A DNA stretch of 64,000 nt from contig CAXYDO010000014.1 in assembly GCA_964276015.1 (NCBI GenBank), positions 27,199 through 91,198 on the forward strand. The letters are read 5' to 3'. The stretch comes from an uncultured Alphaproteobacteria bacterium (lineage in GTDB: Bacteria > Pseudomonadota > Alphaproteobacteria > UBA6615). Numbering within the stretch: the first letter of the stretch is position 1; every line of letters starts with the position of its first letter. The notes beneath the pieces were generated by a model. That model worked only from the letters and a program-made list of their open reading frames with translations, was not told the origin of the DNA and searched no databases. Below, piece after piece: positions 58,687-64,000 of this stretch. The position numbers were made by a program, and so were the translations under genes.

Positions 58687-59865
58687 TTACCGGGTGTTAC
58701 GGAACGTCACGCCACGTTGACCATAGGCGTCGATCACATCCTGGCCAAAGCGGGATCGAATCAACTCCGTGACCTGCGGCGGCATCGAGATGTCGTTGTA
58801 GTCGTCGCGTGATGATCCGGTGATGACAACCAGCAGCCGCGCATCGGTATCGGAAATATTCTCGAACTGACGGTCGACCCCGGGCGGGACTGAAATCATG
58901 TCGAACGGCTTGAGGTCGATATGCTCGTGGCCGCCTTCACCCCATCGGATACGAAACTCACCGGTCAGGCACATAAAGTTCTCCACCGTGTGATGATGGG
59001 TGTGCAGCAGAGGTTTGTCGCCGGGGGGGCATTCGGCCACCAGGACGCTGATGTTTTCCGGTCCCGTGATCGCGGGCTTGTGCGCCATCGTGCCGCCCTG
59101 GTTTTCCGGGGCCATCAATAAGAAAAGGTTCTTTGCGGCGACCAACTCGCGGGCTTCGCGCGGGACGCTGATGGAATCTCCCGAGGAGGCCGAAAGGGGC
59201 TCAAGATCGGCAATTCGGGCGATCCGGGAGGCCATTTCGGATTGGGTGATTTCAATTGGCGCGGGCACGGGCGGACCGTCGATGGTGCTGTCCGGGTTGC
59301 GGAACGCCACGCCGACCTTGTTGTAGGCGTCGATCACCGACTGGCCGAAGCGCTCACGAATCATCGAAGTTTCATCGGGTGGCATGGAAATGTCGGCGAA
59401 CTCTTCATCTCCGGCGCCCGTGATGATCACCAGAAGTAGGGCTTCTTCGTCGCTGATATTTTCGAACTGGCGATCGACGCCCGGGGGCATGGCTATCATG
59501 TCGTGGGGATCGAGATCGATATGATGATCGGCCTGGCTGCCCCAGCGAATGCGAAACCGGCCAGTCAGGCACATGAAGGTTTCGATTGTGTAGTGATGGG
59601 CGTGCAGGAGTGGTTTGTCGCCGGGCGGGCAGCGCGCAATGATCACGCTCGCGCCGGGATCGCCGGGGATCGAGGGTTTTTGGGCCATAGGGCCGCCCTG
59701 TGATTCGGGCGCCATCATCAGATAGAGGGTCTTCGCGGCCATGATTTCGTAGGCTTCGCGGGGAATGCCGATCGTGTCGGCATAGTGGGCTGATTGAGAT
59801 TCCTGATCGGCAAAGCGAGCGATGCGCGGGGCCATCTCCTCCTGGGAAATTTCGATCGTGTCCAT
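58687..59865 (-). CDS. bicupin protein (two tandem ~195-aa cupin modules)
   Basis: The two halves are ~70% identical (....APRIARFAD...CPPGDKPLLHAHHYTIETFMCLTGRFRIRWG... versus ...ASRIARIAD...CPPGDKPLLHTHHHTVENFMCLTGEFRIRWG...). A cupin His cluster is present. Confidence 0.65.
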   Translation of the reverse strand: MDTIEISQEEMAPRIARFADQESQSAHYADTIGIPREAYEIMAAKTLYLMMAPESQGGPMAQKPSIPGDPGASVIIARCPPGDKPLLHAHHYTIETFMCLTGRFRIRWGSQADHHIDLDPHDMIAMPPGVDRQFENISDEEALLLVIITGAGDEEFADISMPPDETSMIRERFGQSVIDAYNKVGVAFRNPDSTIDGPPVPAPIEITQSEMASRIARIADLEPLSASSGDSISVPREARELVAAKNLFLLMAPENQGGTMAHKPAITGPENISVLVAECPPGDKPLLHTHHHTVENFMCLTGEFRIRWGEGGHEHIDLKPFDMISVPPGVDRQFENISDTDARLLVVITGSSRDDYNDISMPPQVTELIRSRFGQDVIDAYGQRGVTFRNTR

Positions 59866-60002
59866 GGGGCTCTCCTTTTAGCCAGTGAGCATAGTGTTGA
59901 ACCTTGTTCGAGGCCAAGAGGGGGGAAACTCTCACCTCGATTTCCCGAAAGGAAAAATGCTAGCGTTCGAACAGCAATATTGCCGTTAAGAGGAGAATTC
60001 AC

Positions 60003-60704
60003 ATGGTGCGCCGCATCATCGATCTAAGTCTCGACATCGAAGACAACATGCCGTCCCACAAGCTTTTTCAGAGCCCGGTTTATCTGAAAGCCATGACGCA
60101 CGAGAACACCAAGGCTCTCAATCTTGGCACGCCGGATGATCCGATCACGTTTCAGACCAATTTCATCAGCACGCTGGATCATGTGGGAACCCATGTGGAT
60201 GCGCTGCGCCATTTTGATCCAAACGGCGCGTCGATCGACGAGATGCCGATCGATCGGTTTTTCGGCAAGGCGGTGTGTTTCGATATGCAGCATATTCCCG
60301 ACCTCGGGGATATCGACGTTGCTGACATGGAGAAGGCCGAGGCGGAGTCCGGCGTGAAGCTCGATGGTCATATTGTTCTGCTCTGTTCGGGCCTGCACAA
60401 GCGTCATTATCCCGACCGTGAAGTGGTGCTGACCAATCCCGGTATCACGGTGGCTGCGACGCAGTGGATGTACGATCGCGGTTCGCGCCTGCACGGGGTC
60501 GAGGGGCCGTCGACCGACAAGCCGTCTGACAGCTTGTTCGCCCAGCATCGGATCTGTCGTGAGCTCGGTATCAGCCATATGGAATGGTTGGTAAACTTGG
60601 AAGAGCTGCTCGGTTTGGGTGAGTTCGAATTCTTCGGGGTTCCGTTGCGCTTCAAGGGCGGTTCCGGGTCGCCGATCCGCGCCTTTGCTATTGTCGACGA
60701 TTGA
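60003..60704 (+). CDS. cyclase family protein (kynurenine formamidase-like, PF04199)
   Basis: Motifs HVGTHVDALRHF and DxxxxxxxxH typical of putative cyclases. 233 aa. Confidence 0.7.
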   Translation: MVRRIIDLSLDIEDNMPSHKLFQSPVYLKAMTHENTKALNLGTPDDPITFQTNFISTLDHVGTHVDALRHFDPNGASIDEMPIDRFFGKAVCFDMQHIPDLGDIDVADMEKAEAESGVKLDGHIVLLCSGLHKRHYPDREVVLTNPGITVAATQWMYDRGSRLHGVEGPSTDKPSDSLFAQHRICRELGISHMEWLVNLEELLGLGEFEFFGVPLRFKGGSGSPIRAFAIVDD

Positions 60705-60715
60705 TTGGCACGTCG

Positions 60716-62119
60716 ATGGCTCACGATTTTGACTATATGAGCGCCACGGAAATGCGCCTGCGCGTCGCGCGCAAGGACATTTCTCCGGTGGCGTTGACCG
60801 AACGGGCTTTGGCACGTGCAGATGAGGTTGAACCCAGACTCAACGCGTTTTTCGAGCTGTTGCCCGAAGAGGCGATGAAGGCTGCCCGCGCGGCTGAAGA
60901 TGCGGTCATGAAGGGCGACACGCTGGGGGCGCTGCACGGCATTCCGCTTTCGGTGAAGGATCTGATCGCAGTCGGAGGAGCGCCGTTTTCTCTAGGATCC
61001 AAAACCATGGAGGGCAATATCGCCGCGGAAGATGCGCCGGCGGTTGAGCGTGTGCGAACTGCCGGCGGTGTCGTGATCGGTAAAACGACCACAAGCGAGT
61101 TCGGGTGCAAGCCGGTGGGGGATTCGCCCCTGACCGGGATCACCCGAAACCCTTGGGATACGGACAAGACGCCGGGCGGCTCCAGCGCCGGAGCTGCGGC
61201 CTCGGTGGCCGCCGGGGTGACACCGTTTGCGCTTGGCACCGATGGCGGCGGCTCGGTGCGTATTCCCAGTGCCTTTACGGGCTTGGCCGGGATCAAGGGG
61301 AGCTTTGCCCGGGTGCCGGTCTGGCCAACATCGGCGACACCGACGCTGGCGCATGTGGGTCCGTTGGCGCGAAATGTGCGTGACGCGGCGTTGCTGTTCT
61401 CCGCGATTGCTGGTTACGACGCCCGGGATCCGTTCAGCATCGCCAGCGATGTCCCCGATGTGATCGGCGCCTGTGATCAATCCGTCGAAGGTATGCGCGT
61501 GGCGTGGAGCCCGACACTTGGTTACGCTCGTCCCAACGCGGATGTGGTTGCCGTGGTCGAGGCAGCAGTCCGCAAATTCGAGGATGCCGGTGCCATCGTT
61601 GAGCAGGTTGATGATGTGTTCGAAGCCGACCCGGCAGATCTCTGGACGGCGGAATTTTACGCCGGGGTCGGCATCAAGTTGCGTGATTTTCTCGAGAACA
61701 AGCGCGACATGCTCGATCCGGCAGTCGCCGATATTCTTGAACCGGCTCTCGATCAGGAAATGCAGGATTATTACACCAAGGTCTTCACCCGCTACGCGTT
61801 GCGTGACCGGATGACGGCATTGTTCAGCAAATACGACGTGCTGCTCTCGCCGGTCTTGCCGGTGTCCTCGCTCGAGGTTGGGAAGAACATTCCCGACAGT
61901 CATGCAGACCGGAACCTGGTGTCCTGGGTCTATTATACTTACCCGTTCAACCTCACCGGCCAGCCGGCTGGCGCGGTCTGCGCCGGTCTGTCGCCTGACG
62001 GCATGCCGGTCGGGTTGCAGGCCGTCGGTCGCTATCTCGACGAGGCCTCGGTCGTGCGCGCCATGGCCTTTGTCGAGCGGATGCAGCCCACCGGCTACAA
62101 CATTTGTAATTTCGAGTGA
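60716..62119 (+). CDS. amidase (amidase-signature family)
   Basis: AS signature GGSSAGAAASVAAGVTPFALGTDGGGSVRIPSAFTGLAGIKGS with the Ser-cisSer-Lys triad context. The start was set to the ATG at 60716 (MAHDFDY). Confidence 0.8.
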   Translation: MAHDFDYMSATEMRLRVARKDISPVALTERALARADEVEPRLNAFFELLPEEAMKAARAAEDAVMKGDTLGALHGIPLSVKDLIAVGGAPFSLGSKTMEGNIAAEDAPAVERVRTAGGVVIGKTTTSEFGCKPVGDSPLTGITRNPWDTDKTPGGSSAGAAASVAAGVTPFALGTDGGGSVRIPSAFTGLAGIKGSFARVPVWPTSATPTLAHVGPLARNVRDAALLFSAIAGYDARDPFSIASDVPDVIGACDQSVEGMRVAWSPTLGYARPNADVVAVVEAAVRKFEDAGAIVEQVDDVFEADPADLWTAEFYAGVGIKLRDFLENKRDMLDPAVADILEPALDQEMQDYYTKVFTRYALRDRMTALFSKYDVLLSPVLPVSSLEVGKNIPDSHADRNLVSWVYYTYPFNLTGQPAGAVCAGLSPDGMPVGLQAVGRYLDEASVVRAMAFVERMQPTGYNICNFE

Positions 62120-62203
62120 GCCGCGGTCACGTGCTGCCGGAAAGAGCCTTGATTTCCGCTGCGGTTTAGCGGGGCGTGATGTATTTGGGCAATTCCATTC
62201 TAG

Positions 62204-62943
62204 CGCCGCCATGTCGATCACGAACCCGCGCATTATCGGGGGCGCGTCACCGGGGGGCGCCAACCGGTCTGTGAGACCGAGGTCCTGTCGGGCACGCTGA
62301 CCCTGTCGGCCTCGATGACGTTTGGCCGCTATGTGCTGGCCCCGGTCGTGGCTGGGTTTCTGGATGCGCATGCGCAGATCGGCGTGGCGATGCTGCAGGT
62401 AGAACGGATGGTCGACCTGATCGATGAAGGTGCAGGTCTCGCTGTGCGCATCGGGCCGTTACCGGATTCCACGCTGATGGCGCGGCGGGTCGGTTTTGTT
62501 CGACGCATGCTCGTGGCCAGCCCGGATTATGTTGCGTCACATAGTGCGCCAGGCACACCGTCAGGGTTGGCAGACCATCAGGTGATACGTTTACCGGTGT
62601 GATTCAAAAAGGTCTCTGGCGGTACCGGGACGGGGCGCGGGAGAAGACCCAGCTGGTAACGCCGCGTCTGGAAACCAATGATGCTGCGACCGCAATTCGG
62701 GCCGCTGAGGCCGGGCACGGGATCACCGGGGTGTATTCCTACACGGTGGCAAAATCGATCCAAGCCGGGCGGCTGGTGCCAGTGCTCGACACGGTGATCC
62801 CGCCGTCGGTTCCGGTTCATCTCGTTTATCCGCAAGGGCGTTTTGTGGACCCGAAAGTGCGCGCTTTCATGGCATTCGCCGCGCCGCTTCTAACGCAGGC
62901 ACTCGAAGGGCTGACGCCCGCGGGCGCGGGTCAGTCGTCGTAA
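62204..62943 (+). pseudogene. LysR-family regulator remnant: N-terminal HTH domain missing, and the substrate-binding domain frameshifted near 62590
   Basis: Frame A reads ...LSGTLTLSASMTFGRYVLAPVVAGFLDAHAQI...RIGPLPDSTLMARRVGF...LVASPDYVASH. Frame B reads ...WRYRDGARE...VTPRLETNDAATAIRAAEAGHGI...GRLVPVLD...PVHLVYPQGRFVDPKVRAFMAF. Both match the LysR C-terminal domain. A stop lies immediately upstream at 62201. Confidence 0.45.
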
Positions 62944-63770
62944 AAAGCGATCGTGCGGGTTTCGATGCTCTGGCGTCGCGCAGCGTTGGCGGGACTGGTC
63001 GGGTCTTCGAAGGCGGTATGCGCCGTCCAGCGGGCACGGCCGTCCAGCTCGGTGTCGTAGCATTTCAGCAGGATGAGTTCGTCGGGCTGCATCTGCGGGA
63101 AATAGACCCAGCGATGGTCCGGGCTGTAGCGGGTGCGGTGGATTTCGCCGACCCGGTCCTTGTATTTCAGGTCCATGAGAATCATGTCGTCGTCGACCAG
63201 AGACTGGGCGTCGCAGATGCCGAGCGGAATTTCTTCGACTGTGCCTTTGATCGAGCGCCAGACATTCACATAGACATAGCGTTTCTTCAGCGCCGCCGCG
63301 GCCTCGTCGGCGGGCAACAGATCTCGGATGCGCTGCGGCGCGGACAGGTCGGTGTAGTCGTTGTGGACCACATGTACCGGCTCGCGCAGCTTGTGGCTGG
63401 TGCGGGTGTCTTCGTCAGCCACCCGAAGCGTGTGGTCAAAGACGAGTACCCGCGACGCGCCGGTGGCCGCCGCCACGATCTTCTCGACTTCGGGGTTGTA
63501 AATGCTCTCGATCTGGCTTGAATCGAGGAAGTCCGTGACCGCAGTTTCCTGCCGTTGGAAGGCAAAGCCATTGCTGTCGAGGGTCAGCTGATCGGCGACA
63601 GGGCGAGCGTCATAGATCGGGACCGTGCGGTGGTCAGGCACCTCGTCGCGCCGGTTGGATTCACCCATCTCGGCGATATAGGTCACGGGCCGAATGCCGT
63701 TATCGACCACATAATTCACGGTGGCCTCGACGAACGGCAGGGTTTGGTTGTCGTAGGCGGACATGGTCAT
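62931..63770 (-). CDS. hypothetical protein (possibly a CmcJ/NvfI-like oxidoreductase)
   Basis: 279-aa ORF with coding-like composition and a conserved-looking core (VLVFDHTLRVADEDT...HVVHNDYTD). The family assignment is tentative. Confidence 0.35.
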   Translation of the reverse strand: MTMSAYDNQTLPFVEATVNYVVDNGIRPVTYIAEMGESNRRDEVPDHRTVPIYDARPVADQLTLDSNGFAFQRQETAVTDFLDSSQIESIYNPEVEKIVAAATGASRVLVFDHTLRVADEDTRTSHKLREPVHVVHNDYTDLSAPQRIRDLLPADEAAAALKKRYVYVNVWRSIKGTVEEIPLGICDAQSLVDDDMILMDLKYKDRVGEIHRTRYSPDHRWVYFPQMQPDELILLKCYDTELDGRARWTAHTAFEDPTSPANAARRQSIETRTIAFYDD

Positions 63771-63886
63771 CGGACGGCTTCCTTCTGCGGGTCTGTCCCT
63801 ATCAAATAGAGCAGATCGTCTGCTTGTCGAGCCTGAAATCATCAGGTCGGGACATTGCGAGGGTGAAACGGGCGCTTAGAGGCGCT

Positions 63887-64000
63887 TTAGACCGCCGCGC
63901 TGGGGCGTGCCTTGACCGCGTCGTACCAGCGCCGGGCATGGGTGGCGTCCTCGGACAGGCCCAGCTTGAGCCAGCCAGCGAATTCAACCGTGACGAAAGC
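63887..64000 (-). CDS. glutathione S-transferase, C-terminal end only (gene continues beyond the window)
   Basis: The minus frame reads ...AFVTVEFAGWLKLGLSEDATHARRWYDAVKARPSAAV*, a typical GST C-terminal helix ending in RPA. Confidence 0.35.
   Translation of the reverse strand, partial: AFVTVEFAGWLKLGLSEDATHARRWYDAVKARPSAAV

Noticed and set aside
1-64000. CRISPR arrays, rRNA genes, prophage structural genes, additional tRNAs
   Set aside because: No spaced direct-repeat arrays, no rRNA-like conserved stretches and no phage capsid, tail or terminase ORFs were seen. The only T-loop-like GGTTCGAATCC context found belongs to the single tRNA-Ser.

Overview
This is a roughly 62% GC alphaproteobacterial chromosomal window containing about 65 genes.

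**Conserved core genes**
- The tail of a YnjB/YnjC-like ABC importer.
- The kpsF-lptC-lptA-lptB-rpoN-hpf-ptsN cluster on the minus strand.
- An Hsp20-DUF1150 pair.
- uppP and the glycosyltransferases GT4 and GT9.
- thrS-infC and rpmI-rplT-pheS-pheT.
- lepA.

**Accessory content (main discovery)**
A roughly 6.8 kb island sits immediately 3' of tRNA-Ser(GGA). It is bounded by 58-bp imperfect direct repeats (56/58 identical) that include the last 12 nt of the tRNA. The island carries:
- a blue-tuned proteorhodopsin (DTE motif, Schiff-base Lys, Gln at the position-105 equivalent);
- a crtI-crtB-crtY-blh retinal pathway in which blh appears frameshifted;
- no crtE, with an unknown 134-aa ORF sitting in the crtE slot;
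- serine-recombinase and IS6-transposase debris;
- lower GC than the flanking DNA.

**Other notable points**
1. A DsbA/FrnE-like gene has an in-frame TGA exactly at the first Cys of its CxxC motif, with a hairpin downstream. It is either a candidate UxxC selenoprotein or a nonsense pseudogene.
2. A four-gene plant-type cassette (SABP2-like methylesterase, 2OG-dioxygenase, two tandem SDR paralogs) is inserted antisense between infC and rpmI, splitting the normally contiguous infC-rpmI-rplT operon.
3. infC likely starts at a non-AUG codon (AUC).
4. Several genes are inactivated:
 - a formyltransferase carries a TAA plus a frameshift;
 - an RCC1-repeat protein carries a perfect 17-bp tandem duplication plus a TAG;
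 - a maleate-isomerase-family gene carries a perfect 22-bp tandem duplication plus a TGA;
 - a LysR regulator has lost its HTH and is frameshifted;
 - a LuxR gene remnant, a recombinase fragment and an IS6 fragment are also present.

No CRISPR, rRNA or prophage was seen.
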